DNA of 64,000 bases from Porphyridium purpureum (taxonomy: Eukaryota): assembly GCA_008690995.1 (NCBI GenBank), contig VRMN01000002.1, forward strand, positions 806,001 to 870,000, given 5' to 3'. The notes under the pieces were generated by a model, which searched no databases, was not told the origin of the DNA, and saw nothing but the letters and a program-made list of their open reading frames with translations. The position numbers and the translations under genes are program-made. Positions 11,701-21,723 of this stretch are shown here, one piece after another; the first letter of the stretch is position 1, and every line of letters starts with the position of its first letter.

Positions 11701-12081
11701 CTTGCGCACGTCCACCTTTGCTAAAGTGATCGCGTCTATTCTGCCATCGTCAATTGCCGCAGCGCATAGACTTTGGTTGTTGACTGTGGCGTTGATGGAC
11801 ACCGTCAGGGACATGACCAGCGACTGCTCTGCCATGTCGCCCACGGTATTGTACAAATACGCAGACGCGAGAGAGCGCTCTCCGCCGAACATATCTAGCG
11901 TAGCATTCGGTGATAGCTGCGCGCTCGCTAGTTCCAGCACCGGCGCAACCAGGGCGGCGCGGCTGCCCGGCAGCTGTGCAATCATCCCTAAGATGAAAGC
12001 GCACAGCGTCCATCCCAGCATCCGGGCTGCCGTCCTTCCGGCACCCGTTCCGCACCGCGTGGCTTCCATTCTTCGACGCAT
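8749..12081 (-). CDS. Secreted protein: signal peptide, CHRD-like repeats, Pro/Thr linker and C-terminal Hedgehog-type Hint domain
   Basis: Hydrophobic leader; CHRD motifs GIHVHTG..ENGP, FYLNVHT, GLIRSQL; PTPTP linker; Hint motifs CFPADAVV...MEELELGD...FFGHRD...ISARHLM...GLFSPHTLHGSLTVDTVLVS. Confidence 0.85.
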   Translation of the reverse strand: MRRRMEATRCGTGAGRTAARMLGWTLCAFILGMIAQLPGSRAALVAPVLELASAQLSPNATLDMFGGERSLASAYLYNTVGDMAEQSLVMSLTVSINATVNNQSLCAAAIDDGRIDAITLAKVDVRKGSDAENGPVWWTFCEANSSTPCTYVAGDPTFTFTFSGVPDSNATELTQEQMLAELFFDPAAFYVSVETSCSQIFLAETESLLREQLAFGPLFAPSSNPRAKVLAAPKLVINEATAPNVSSDVALNSTGFGVFGFDKESSEATSGVALYIASSDVCSELTGDAEPNILGIHVHTGNQSENGPIFFFLCGSGPLAMQGVAECVQQPENQSTLAVYQYALVPGPGAEGLSLGEMIDAVYETPEDFYLNVHTNCSLTLSLSMNGTTPLGLIRSQLSIVPDTLLQYDTAGVQLGGASMAIDGEPVSISGASRTGVLVQSSEQASMVFEVYWNFTSSGLVCDTLLGVPSDLVGIVVFDTSLDSENDDDLQDTVVAALCASAAIRERYNLSEASVPPCPSVSFEQEVFQVSVSQSILSALYRDPGRFEVRYFSPCAEYVASPSDEALAGVLLSSPMSNSRFLYVVQRRIDRVNADAALSQVKVLPTGVLVQQILYALEEGTAFGQCDPGFESLALTVTGAEPDANHSAVFCCSETSLQPNCTSSEVGRPEVVVCPDSRTDVDGADFYSFQFLGNVASSSGYRDIAQNILGIEQRMLRQCENDSSTILLETPSTPLSVFVFPAVALEANFVTDPDISSNVIGNSTAGAAAIFSAQGGADLVATYRLDQTAACDEVGENQTVSSLSLNSGSVFEDGEPLWFFCGGFSSLLNATCPETNSDLGESFPGRDQTEQSAADANSVTADLNRDILLAMSFPGLYYLQLSTLCSNAIRQGSSLVRAQLTGETLPTPTPLPTPRPREPTPTPTPTPSPEPCFPADAVVRMRSGALVRMEELELGDQISIGNGVYSPVYFFGHRDSKGYGEYLEIATRSATLRISARHLMFANGRTIAASQVGVDDVVELENGLVETVISVSTPKLLRGLFSPHTLHGSLTVDTVLVSSHTRACPEFVAVALLLPFRILYHLGGSRLVPRILDRGSPMLTALAGQLSFLE

Positions 12082-12497
12082 TGCACTAAGGATGATCGCA
12101 CGCTGACGCAATCGACGCCCTTGCTTCTCGCGTTCTTTCCACCAAGCACAATGAGCGCGTTGTTTCCCGCTTTGGGGGAAGAATCGGGCAGAGTGGCTCG
12201 TGCTGTTTTAATGGGCGACTGGAAGCGTGACGACGAGTCAGCGTGACGCATTGGGAGACCATGAGCAAGGGATTGGCGTGGATTGGAAATAGCGCCTCGG
12301 GAGCGTCGCAAGGGTGCCGGAGTCAGCGAGCCGAGATTTGCAATGCGACTCGACTGGCGGGAAGCAGGCCGTGGCGTGAGAATCAAGGCAGTAGGAGTGT
12401 GGAGGTGTGTGTGTCGACGCGACGTGCCCATGAGGACGAGACGAATGGAGCAGCGCCGAGTCGCCCACCTGCGCGCGCGTACGTGGCGGCGCGGAAG

Positions 12498-12701
12498 ATG
12501 AGACTGAGGTACGCGTACGCCGGATTCGCGAAGCGGTGGCTGGCGTCGCTGCTTCCGGTGCTGGCGCTGTGCTTTGTCGACCTTGCGCTGGCGCTGACGG
12601 TGCAGAGCGTGTGCACGCTGTACAGCTGCGTGTTCCTGCTCTTCCCGGGCGTCGGGCGCGCCATTGATCGCACACTCCGGCGCCTCCTGCGACGCAAGTA
12701 G
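12498..12701 (+). CDS. Candidate 67-aa hydrophobic microprotein
   Basis: ATG..TAG ORF with strongly G/C-ending codons, a hydrophobic core and a basic C-terminus; no family recognised. Confidence 0.5.
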   Translation: MRLRYAYAGFAKRWLASLLPVLALCFVDLALALTVQSVCTLYSCVFLLFPGVGRAIDRTLRRLLRRK

Positions 12702-13104
12702 CCCAACTCAGGGGACACCACCCCCTCCATCACCACACAAACTGTACATAAAACTGTACCTTCTTATCCTCGTCACTGTACACACAGTACCTCCCTCACG
12801 TTCCCCCACCTTGCTGTACACCAGTTCTTCTTCATAGTGTTCAGTTCGACGGCCGTTCGAGATTCTATTCAAAGTTCTTTTCGTTTTTTGTTCTTCGCGC
12901 TTTGTGTCGAAATGAGAAAATTGCGGGTGTTTAGATAGAAGCGGTGCAGTACAGGTGGGGTGTACAGCACACGCATGATCACATGTTCGTGCGGGGACAT
13001 TTGAGGCGTGTGTTGTGTGTGTGGGTGCGATGTGTTGGAAGCCGACCATGAGTGGGACGCGGGGACTGTGCAACGAGTGCGACTGACATACAAAGAATGA
13101 GGTC

Positions 13105-14475
13105 ATGGCGGGAATAAAAGGAACCGTGAGCATGGACGCAGACATGTCGCTCGCGTCGCTGGAGCCGCTGCAGCCGCTGCAGCCGCTCAACAGCTCGGTG
13201 CGGCAGCGGCCATTGAGCAAGTCCGTGAAGCACCTGTCTCAGCAGAGTCTGGCCACGTACAACCAAATGCGCTCGCAGTCCATCATGAAGCTGAAGCATG
13301 TGAGGTCCCAGGCGCAGAATCGGCTGAAGCAAGGGTTTGAAGAGGCCCGCGCAGAGGCAGAGGAGTTTATCACGAGCCCGCATCTCTTGTTCCGCCCCGC
13401 CGCGTTCGGCTTTTTCGCGCTCTTCCCTCTCGTTCTGCCCCTCGCGTTCGTCCCGGTCCATGTCGTCGCCTTGTACTTGCTCTTCTGTCTCGTATGGTAC
13501 CTGCTGTGCGTAGCATACGTCGCATGTGAAGTAGCGATGCGCCCGCCGTGGTACAGGTATCCGGGGCTGCCGCAAAAGGGAAACCCCGCGTACTGGGGTA
13601 CGTTCATCCGAGACCCCATGGCAGATTGTGGCCAGCCCTTCCTGGACGTCACCATCTGTAAGAAAAGCAGAATCGGTCTCACGGGGGCAAGCAGTAGCCC
13701 GTGCGAGGATCCTCTCAAATGCAAGCATTTCAAGCTTTCCGGCTGGCTCATTTCCAATGCGGCCAGCCAAGACGGGCGCTTTGTCGTGTGCATCCATGGT
13801 GCAGGCCGGGATAGACGCGCCTTTCTGCGACACCTGCCGGTATTTTACGCCAAGGGCTACAATGTGCTGCTCTTCGACCTCAGTGAGCACGGGCAGAGCG
13901 ACGGGAGCAATCGCGGCTTCTCGTTTGGTGTGCGCGAGGCCAGTGATGTGCGTGCCGTGGTGCAGTATTTGCGCGATCAGCATGACGCACGAAAAGTGGT
14001 GTTGGTCGGTACCTCAACAGGAGCCACGGCGGCTATCCTCGCCGTCGCTCAGATGGACGACACAGAGGCATCGCACGTCACTGCGATCATAGCCGAGAAT
14101 CCATTCTCGAGACCGGCTGACCTCTTTTGCCACCATCTCGAAAACTCCATTCGAAACTACCTCAGTCAGAACGAGCACCATGTGTGGCGACGCATCGTGT
14201 TCTTTTTATTTTCTCGCGTCCTTCTCCTTCGTCTTGGCCTGGTTTTTAACTCTGGTGCCGAGGATGCCGTGGCTTCGATCAAGACCCCGCTCTTGGTGCT
14301 TCACAGCCGCGCAGATGTCGTTGTTCCTTTTTCGCACGGAGAAAGAGTTTTTGCAGCAGCGGCCAATTCCATCCGCAAAAAGTTTGTCGCTGTGGACGAT
14401 GCTGATCACTGCGGGCTTTTCGCATTTTGGCCAGCGCTTTGGGAAAAGGAAGTAAGTGAATTTCTAGACGCATAA
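13105..14475 (+). CDS. Membrane-anchored alpha/beta-hydrolase (ABHD-like serine hydrolase)
   Basis: CIHG, DLSEHGQS, nucleophile elbow GTSTG, HSRADVVVP and DHCG; N-terminal hydrophobic segment. Confidence 0.88.
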   Translation: MAGIKGTVSMDADMSLASLEPLQPLQPLNSSVRQRPLSKSVKHLSQQSLATYNQMRSQSIMKLKHVRSQAQNRLKQGFEEARAEAEEFITSPHLLFRPAAFGFFALFPLVLPLAFVPVHVVALYLLFCLVWYLLCVAYVACEVAMRPPWYRYPGLPQKGNPAYWGTFIRDPMADCGQPFLDVTICKKSRIGLTGASSSPCEDPLKCKHFKLSGWLISNAASQDGRFVVCIHGAGRDRRAFLRHLPVFYAKGYNVLLFDLSEHGQSDGSNRGFSFGVREASDVRAVVQYLRDQHDARKVVLVGTSTGATAAILAVAQMDDTEASHVTAIIAENPFSRPADLFCHHLENSIRNYLSQNEHHVWRRIVFFLFSRVLLLRLGLVFNSGAEDAVASIKTPLLVLHSRADVVVPFSHGERVFAAAANSIRKKFVAVDDADHCGLFAFWPALWEKEVSEFLDA

Positions 14476-14648
14476 CTCTCGGGCTCGTATGCAAGGCATA
14501 CTTCCAGCATGTAGCAATAGATAGGTCTTTTCATTTGTCCGCATTCGTTCTCCTTTTGTTGCATGTCTCGCCATGTATCTCTCTACCCCATTTCGTCCTG
14601 CTCTGCACAACGCTCGAGACGGCGCTCGGCAAAAGAGCTTGTGACTGC

Positions 14649-17117
14649 TCACGTTGGGTAGTCTGGCGGGGGATCAGGACCTCGCTGCTGGGGCATGGCG
14701 TAGGGCTGCATCCCGCCTCCCACATACATTTGCTGGTTCATGGGCGCTCCATACCCAGGCGGTGGGACAAACTCGACTCCCGGCGGCGGGGCTCCGAAAG
14801 ACTGCTGTTGGACAGGTATGTATCCTGATGGAGTCTGCATGTAAGGTAGCTGGGGCTGTCCTGGCTGATTACCGTGTTGGGGGGCACCTTGGTACCCCAC
14901 GGCTCCTGGTGGAGGCGTAGCTTGATAAATGACGGCTCCGGGTGGCGGCGCTTGACTGAATGCGACAGGTGGCTGTGTATAGGCCGCTGCATGGGTTGGG
15001 TCGACCACCGACGGATCTTGGAACTGTGCGGCATGGAATGAATGAGATGACGAAGCTAACCCTTGTGAGACTCCGCCGGCGCCGCCGCCACCACCACCAC
15101 CAATCCCACCTGGGTGGGCCTGATCCAACCCAAAGCGAGATGGGTCGATGCTTTCCTTGAAATCTTGAAGATTGTGCAATGCTGGCCCAGAGGCGTTCTC
15201 CACCGTTGTCGCAGAAGGACCTGACCTCACAGGCGGATTTGGTTTGATCCCTTGTTGGTCGAAGAAGCGAATAACTTGAGCTGGCACTTCTTCAAGCAAG
15301 GCGCGGCAGAATCTTACTTGTTCAATTTCCACACTGTTCGGAAGAAGAAAGTCACGCATCGGCACAAACTGAACAATATCACGTGACGCATACCCAGTCT
15401 GCTTTGAACCCAGTAGCTTCTGATCGCCATCAAGAACATCCATATTGCCAAAGTTCGCGCTCCCAATGCCCACGATGATAATGGACATTGGCAAAGATGA
15501 CGCTGCAATAATGGCCTCGATTGTCTTGTTCATGTCGTCGATGATGCCGTCGGTCAGGATCATCAAGATATGATAGCGCTGTTTATGCTGGGTGACTTGC
15601 TCCTGAGCAACCTGACTTGCTGCTTCGATCACCTGCGAAAAATACGTCGGGCCGCTGAGATTGACGCTCGCAAGCGTCTTCATGTATGCATCCAACACAC
15701 CCTGTACGCCGCACACCTCCACGTCCGCCAGGTCGCCATCCCCCTTGAGCGAAAAGCAGTGAAACTTGTCGTTGTTCTTCCACGGAAGACGCGCGCCAAA
15801 TCCATACACGGGAAAGCGCTTGTCTGTGTCATAGTGCTCTAACACAGTGCCGATCGAAATAATAGCCTGCATGTACGGATTCAGCGTTCCGACCTGGACA
15901 TGATGTAAACTTCGCGGGTCCCGCACGGCGCCATTCGAAGCCGTAAAGTCAATGGCTACTTGGAATCCAACCTCGCAGCCTCCCGCGATGTACTCGAGAA
16001 ACGAAGGCTTGGCAAACGTTTCGAACACGGGGACTCGGATTTGGCCGCCGCGCTTGTCCTTCCCGCGCTTTTTCAGGTTCATCAGATCCAGCGTTCCGCC
16101 GGATTTGTGGATGCCGCTCAGCTCGTCAACGGATACAGAGCATGCGCCTATAAAGTCGTGCGTGCCACCACGGTCCCAGTCATAGCATTCTATGTAGAGC
16201 GGTTCATTGCGCTTGTTGCCACACAACCGCTGCATGCTGATCGTCACCATGCTCCAAGTTGGGTTGAACGTTTGCTTGCGAGCCTCACTCTTGTACACGA
16301 GGCTCCGCGTTTCCTTCCCGCTGGGCTCGATGACGCGGCGAAAAATCTGGAAGTACGGATCGCTCTTGCCCATCAAGTCCTTTTTGTCCAACTCGTGTCC
16401 AACAAATTGAAAACGACATTGCGGGTTCTGCTCAGGAACTTCCTCGGCCCGCACGATGAGTTTCGACTTGGACTTGAACATGGTACCGTTCTTCTTTGGC
16501 GGCGGGTCCATGACTATTGTCTTTGTCATGTTGTGCGTGCCCACAATTTCCGCCAGCAGCAGCTTACAAGAGCCCAAAAAGTCCTGCTCATCCAATGGAA
16601 TCGCACGCGTGTCCATCTGGTCATACTTTGTGTCTACATTGTACACATAAAACTGAATGGGCTGCGCTTCTTCGAAGCGATAGACCACCTGAATGGGGGT
16701 CACAAAGTCTGGATTTAAGTTGTCCTTGATGACTTCAGAGCGTGCCACTTCAACATCATTCATGACAACCACCAGCATAGGATCCGATTTGGTTACTATA
16801 TCACGGTCGAGCAGGTCACGGCACGAAACCGTGAGCAGCACCGTCGAATGCAGGACTTCCTTGCCAAACATCTGTGCCGTCGCCTCTTCCACCTGCACAT
16901 CATTCTCCGCATTGACCGCCTGACCAGAGCTTGCCTGTGCGCTGCCTTTGGCTTGCACCGCATTTGTACCGGCCTCTTTGCCGCCAAAGGTGCCATTTAC
17001 CTGGGCGCCCACGGGCGCCGCCGAGTTTGTTGCGATATTCGAATTCTCCTTTGCCTTCCCCGTGGCTGCCGGGCCGGACTTTCCAGCCGCAGGCTCCGAG
17101 GCGAAGCAGTTGCCCAT
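14649..17117 (-). CDS. Copine/BONZAI-like protein (C2-C2-vWA) with N-terminal acylation motif and Pro/Gln-rich tail
   Basis: MGNCF start; KSDP C2 motifs twice; VAIDFTASNG, LMILTDG, LPMSIIIVGIG and RDIVQFVP. Confidence 0.93.
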   Translation of the reverse strand: MGNCFASEPAAGKSGPAATGKAKENSNIATNSAAPVGAQVNGTFGGKEAGTNAVQAKGSAQASSGQAVNAENDVQVEEATAQMFGKEVLHSTVLLTVSCRDLLDRDIVTKSDPMLVVVMNDVEVARSEVIKDNLNPDFVTPIQVVYRFEEAQPIQFYVYNVDTKYDQMDTRAIPLDEQDFLGSCKLLLAEIVGTHNMTKTIVMDPPPKKNGTMFKSKSKLIVRAEEVPEQNPQCRFQFVGHELDKKDLMGKSDPYFQIFRRVIEPSGKETRSLVYKSEARKQTFNPTWSMVTISMQRLCGNKRNEPLYIECYDWDRGGTHDFIGACSVSVDELSGIHKSGGTLDLMNLKKRGKDKRGGQIRVPVFETFAKPSFLEYIAGGCEVGFQVAIDFTASNGAVRDPRSLHHVQVGTLNPYMQAIISIGTVLEHYDTDKRFPVYGFGARLPWKNNDKFHCFSLKGDGDLADVEVCGVQGVLDAYMKTLASVNLSGPTYFSQVIEAASQVAQEQVTQHKQRYHILMILTDGIIDDMNKTIEAIIAASSLPMSIIIVGIGSANFGNMDVLDGDQKLLGSKQTGYASRDIVQFVPMRDFLLPNSVEIEQVRFCRALLEEVPAQVIRFFDQQGIKPNPPVRSGPSATTVENASGPALHNLQDFKESIDPSRFGLDQAHPGGIGGGGGGGAGGVSQGLASSSHSFHAAQFQDPSVVDPTHAAAYTQPPVAFSQAPPPGAVIYQATPPPGAVGYQGAPQHGNQPGQPQLPYMQTPSGYIPVQQQSFGAPPPGVEFVPPPGYGAPMNQQMYVGGGMQPYAMPQQRGPDPPPDYPT

Positions 17118-17761
17118 GCTTCCTGCTCTACCGTATGCCTTTCCCCCCCAGCTCCTTCGAGCTGTCCGCTAGCTCACCGCCTTGGCTGTCGCGGAACCGA
17201 CGACACTAGCAAAAGTGACACCAGCCGCCAATACGTCGTTTCCCTGTGCCTCCTTGGACCGACTCGACATACACTGCGCCAAAACTGCAGCGCGTCGAGA
17301 CCACCAGACGCGCGCGGTGTGACGGCGTGACGGTGGCACGGTGCGACGGTGTTGCGTTCCGTGGGAACTTTTGTCCAGCGTGTGACCCACCGCCGCATTC
17401 ACCCCCGTCCATACGCACCCACCGATACTGGCTGCTTCTCGCGTTTACTTTCCGTTTCACTACGAAAGTAAAAGTACACGCGTGTAATGAATGTAACGGC
17501 AGCGCGCCGAAAAAAATATGAACAGCCTCACACAAACGGTTTATCGGCTCGAAGCCTAGTGTTCGATAAGTTCTAAGGTTCTGCTATGACAATGAAGGCA
17601 TGCCCAAACCGAATGGATGAGTATGATACATTGGGTCTGTTTTGTGATTTATGGGGTTTTTTGACAAAAGGTCGTCGGCGTGGCGTTGGAATCTCGCCGA
17701 GAGGATGACGGAAAGAGAGAAGAGGCGGGGGTGAAAGAGAGGAAGGACGGCACAGTTCAGA

Positions 17762-18205
17762 ATGTTTGGGTTTGTGACAGGAGCGGCGATTGGTGGTGCG
17801 GCGGCGCCAAGCGCCGTCGCGGCGCAGCGGCGCCAGGGAGGCGCGTTTGTGGGCGTGAAGCCGACGACGCGAACGCGCTTCGACGCGGCGACGCCAGCAG
17901 CGCAGAAGAGATGCGCTCCGCGAATGGTGTTTGGGCTGGGCGCGGGCGAGATTGCGGTGGTCGCGGGCGTGGCATTGCTCATCTTTGGGCCCTCCAAGCT
18001 CGCGTCGTCCGGAAAGTCGCTCGGCAGCATGGCGGGCAGCGTGAAGAAGGCCACCGCCGAGTTCCAGGAAGCCATGCAGGAGTCCCTCGAGGAGGCAGAC
18101 AAGGAAATTGCGGCGCGCAAGGCGAAAGAAGGCAGTGCCGAAGCTTCCAAAGAAGGGACCACGACCGCCGCTGCCAGTACCGAAGAAAAGTCGAAATCGT
18201 CGTAA
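17762..18205 (+). CDS. tatA: Thylakoid twin-arginine translocase subunit TatA/Tha4 with plastid transit peptide
   Basis: MFGFV... transit peptide; FGLGAGEIAVVAGVALLIFGPSKL...GKSLG amphipathic helix. Confidence 0.88.
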   Translation: MFGFVTGAAIGGAAAPSAVAAQRRQGGAFVGVKPTTRTRFDAATPAAQKRCAPRMVFGLGAGEIAVVAGVALLIFGPSKLASSGKSLGSMAGSVKKATAEFQEAMQESLEEADKEIAARKAKEGSAEASKEGTTTAAASTEEKSKSS

Positions 18206-18530
18206 CCCTCGCTCCGCTCGCACAGCATGACAACCACGTCAGGTCATTGAGCCGAATCAGGGCCGGGCCGTGTGGCCTGCGTGGAACGACTCATCGGTCG
18301 AAAGTGTGAGCTCAACGCTGGTCGAGTTTTCGTCGCTCGTCCGTGCGCTGCACGCTTTCTGGTGACTGACCGCACCGGGGAACGTTGAGAGGAAGTGCGG
18401 AAATCCACATGGATGACGTTCTCGCTCCTTGTGCTAGCATAGAAAAGAACGTGCTTCCTGATACATAAAAACGTTGGCGCTCGTTGATGAGATACGAGTG
18501 CGCTGGAGGCGCACGGAGAGAGGGGAGGAA

Positions 18531-18580
18531 GAGAGAGAGACACACACAGAGAGAGAGAGAGAGAAAGACACAGAGAGAGA
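18531..18580. repeat. (GA)n/(CA)n microsatellite in the PWD leader
   Basis: gagagagagacacacacagagagagag... read directly. Confidence 0.75.
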
Positions 18581-18612
18581 CAGCGATCTGTGGGCTGGCC
18601 GCAGGCAGGGAG

Positions 18613-21600
18613 ATGGCGAGCGAGGTCGTGTTCGAAGTAAAGTGTGAGACCAGGCCCGGACAGAATGTGGGACTTCTCGGCAGCGCGGTCGCGTTTGGCG
18701 CATGGGATAAGGCCAAGCCGCTGATACTGGAAACGGATCCGGATTTGTACCCGACATGGCGCTCGCAGCTCGTGCAGGTGGAGCACGGCGCCCACGAGTA
18801 CAAGTGCGTGCTGGTAGGAGATGGAAAGATTCTCAAGTGGGAGACGTCAGGACCAAACCGCGTGCTGCAGCTCGACGGAAACGAACCACAAGGCGAAGAC
18901 GGCGGTGAACAGCGCGTCATCAAAATGGTTTTCGGGCATCCTGATGGTCTCAAGGCGGACTTTCGAGATCAGAGTCCAGACGACACACCCGTCGCGTTTT
19001 CCATTCCAGAGTCCGCGGATCTGAGCCCATTTGCTCGCTTTCTGGTCGAAGAGAACGCGCACAACAAGAGCTGGCGCCGAAAGCTCGAAATAATCCGGCG
19101 CTTGTTCACCGACGAGGCATACGCTAGCAAGGCGCATTTCCAGCCGCAAGACCTCGAACAGTTGGTGATCATCGTGATATTCCTGACGTTTCTCAAGAGC
19201 GGACAGATCGTGTGCCACGAGGACGGCTCACATTATCGTCCAAACCACCACGCCAATGAAGCGCGCCAGATCGAGGAAAAATTGCGCGTGCTGGAGAACG
19301 ACTCGAATGCATTTCTGTTTCGCAAGATTTATCCGCAGCTGCCCAGCTACTCTTCCGAGTACACGGCATCCGTGCCACTGACCCGCATTCGTGACATTGC
19401 ACACCGCGGTGACATTCCTCATGAGATGAAACAAGACATCAAACACAATCTTCAGAACAAGCTGCACCGTTGCGCCGGGCCAGAGGATCTGGTGACGTGC
19501 CGTCGCATTCTAGATCAAGCGACCAGCGGAGATTACTCCGGCGGGTTTGTCGAACAGATGCAGATTTTCATGCGCGAGCTTGAAGAGTTTTTCAACGCCA
19601 AGGGACTTGAGGACGAGCTGAGTAGTTTGAAGGATAGGAATGAGCCAGCAGATGAGAGCGCACCCATCATCCAAAAATTTCTGGACGCAAAGCAAGCGCG
19701 TGGCCCCGCGTACGGACAGCTTGAAGCGTTGACTGAACTGCGCAGCCACTTTGCTCATGAACTCCACGTACTAGATGATGGAGAGAAACTTCAACGCGTC
19801 AGGCTGGCGGACACCAAATTGGAGGAGTTTGCATTCGTGCTGTTGGCTGGGATCAACCAGGAAGTTGAGCGAGATGCGTTGAACAATGAGGCGCAGTGGC
19901 AGTTTGGACTATCGTGTCTTAATATCTCACTGCAGAACATGATCCTATCCGGTACATTCAAGCAGGAAGCCAGCGCCATTGTGAATGATTTGGCCAGTGT
20001 GTCTGCTTCTGCGCCGTCCTTGCTAGCCAAGGGCGACTTGGACGCGACGCTGCGAGTGCGCGCGACAGTTGAGCGCGCCTCGCGACTTGCTGAAGAGTTT
20101 TCGGCGCTGATCAGCGAGCTGTATAGTGGGCCTGTGTTTGGGCTCGGACGCGCGCTTGGCATCCACGAGCACGCACTGGCAGTGTTTGCGGAGGCAGAAA
20201 TTCGCTCAAATATTGTGTTTCAGATGTCCCGTACAGTGCAGGTTGTGCTGAAGAAACTGCGCCAGATGCTCAAGCTTCCTCCTTGGGATGTGCTTATGCC
20301 TGGTGCCGCAACAGGTAAAGTGCTCCGCAAGGCAAACATCGAAAGTTTGAGTGATGCGGACTTGGCCACACAGTGTATTTTGTTCCTTGAATCGGCGCAA
20401 GGCGATGAAGATATTCCAGCGGCGGTGAAAGCAATCGTTCTCGCTCATGACCTGCCCCACCTGTCGCATCTCGGTGTACGAGCGCGCCAGGCTGCGTGCA
20501 TCTTTGTCTGTGCTGAAGATAAGGAAACTTTCGACGCGCTCTGGGTAGCGCATGCTGCCAAATTTGAGCGAGCCGATCATTTCAAGCTGACTGTGTCGGC
20601 AGCTGGCAAAGTCGACGTGTGCGAAGGGGCTCCGCCCACTTCAGCGGAAAGCGCGGAAGCGGTCGTCACTGCCGAAGGCCAAGCAAGCAGCAGCAACATC
20701 AGCATGGGAAAACTTGACATGTCCGCAAAGTCTGCGTTGGAGATTCTCAAAGTGAGCGCTGAAAGCTGTGGATCAAAGTGTAACTGTGCGGGTCAATTGC
20801 AGTTGTTGGCTGACAAGTCTGGTCTCTTCAAAACTCCGGCATCCCTTGGGCTGCCCTTTGGTGCGTTTTATGCAGCAGTGATTGAAGAGCGCAAGGCGGA
20901 ATACCAGGCGCTGATCGACGCGTTCGAGTCTGCGCCACGCGCATCCAAGCCTGAAGAAGCCGGGAGGCTGCGCCAGTATGTCATGGACTGCCAGGTTCCA
21001 TCTTCAATTCTCAAGGCAGTACAGAAGCAGTTTGACGCGTCCGCAAAAGTCATGGTGCGCTCCAGCGCGAACTGTGAGGACCTCGAGAACATGTCTGGTG
21101 CTGGATTGTACGATTCGATTGCCAATGTGAGCATCAGCTCCAGCGAAAGTGTTCAGAATGCGATCTTGCGCGTATGGTCAAGCGTCTGGACAACTCGAGC
21201 TTCGCTGAGCAGGTCACAGTACGGAGTCCCGCACGTGGAGGCGTACATGGGTGTGTTAATTCAGGAGATGATCACTTCGCAATACTCCTTTGTTCTGTTC
21301 AGCCAGAATCCAGTGGATGTAAGCAAAAAGGCCACCGAGGTGTACATGGAAATCGCGGTGGGGATGGGTGAGACGCTCGCGTCTGCCGCGTCGCGCGGAA
21401 GCCCGTATCGTTTTGCGGTAGATCGCGAATCGCTGTCGGTGCGAGAGATCTGTCTTGCCAACTACTCTGTGGCATTGGTGCCTGTCGCCGACGATGCGTT
21501 GTCGGATCAGCAGCACAGTGATGGTCTGACCAAGAGTGTCGTCGACTATTCAAAGGAACAGCTGACAACGGACGTCGAGTTTAGACGCACGCTGGCTGCG

Positions 21601-21723
21601 AATCTAGGCAAAATTGCTTTGCAGTTGGAAGAATCATTTGGATGCCCGCAAGACATTGAAGGTGCAGTGGTTGATGGCCAAATATATTTGGTCCAAACAC
21701 GTCCAATGGTTGTCGGTGGTTAG
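18613..21723 (+). CDS. PWD: Phosphoglucan, water dikinase (CBM20 + phospho-His + PPDK-type nucleotide-binding domain)
   Basis: N-terminal CBM20 (GSAVAFGAWD..YPTW..EYKC..WE.GPNR); HYRPNHHA; PLTRIRDIAHRGDIPH..QNKLHRCAGPEDL; PHLSHLGVRARQ; VRSSANCEDLENMSGAGLYDS; QDIEG...VQTRP. Confidence 0.93.
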   Translation: MASEVVFEVKCETRPGQNVGLLGSAVAFGAWDKAKPLILETDPDLYPTWRSQLVQVEHGAHEYKCVLVGDGKILKWETSGPNRVLQLDGNEPQGEDGGEQRVIKMVFGHPDGLKADFRDQSPDDTPVAFSIPESADLSPFARFLVEENAHNKSWRRKLEIIRRLFTDEAYASKAHFQPQDLEQLVIIVIFLTFLKSGQIVCHEDGSHYRPNHHANEARQIEEKLRVLENDSNAFLFRKIYPQLPSYSSEYTASVPLTRIRDIAHRGDIPHEMKQDIKHNLQNKLHRCAGPEDLVTCRRILDQATSGDYSGGFVEQMQIFMRELEEFFNAKGLEDELSSLKDRNEPADESAPIIQKFLDAKQARGPAYGQLEALTELRSHFAHELHVLDDGEKLQRVRLADTKLEEFAFVLLAGINQEVERDALNNEAQWQFGLSCLNISLQNMILSGTFKQEASAIVNDLASVSASAPSLLAKGDLDATLRVRATVERASRLAEEFSALISELYSGPVFGLGRALGIHEHALAVFAEAEIRSNIVFQMSRTVQVVLKKLRQMLKLPPWDVLMPGAATGKVLRKANIESLSDADLATQCILFLESAQGDEDIPAAVKAIVLAHDLPHLSHLGVRARQAACIFVCAEDKETFDALWVAHAAKFERADHFKLTVSAAGKVDVCEGAPPTSAESAEAVVTAEGQASSSNISMGKLDMSAKSALEILKVSAESCGSKCNCAGQLQLLADKSGLFKTPASLGLPFGAFYAAVIEERKAEYQALIDAFESAPRASKPEEAGRLRQYVMDCQVPSSILKAVQKQFDASAKVMVRSSANCEDLENMSGAGLYDSIANVSISSSESVQNAILRVWSSVWTTRASLSRSQYGVPHVEAYMGVLIQEMITSQYSFVLFSQNPVDVSKKATEVYMEIAVGMGETLASAASRGSPYRFAVDRESLSVREICLANYSVALVPVADDALSDQQHSDGLTKSVVDYSKEQLTTDVEFRRTLAANLGKIALQLEESFGCPQDIEGAVVDGQIYLVQTRPMVVGG

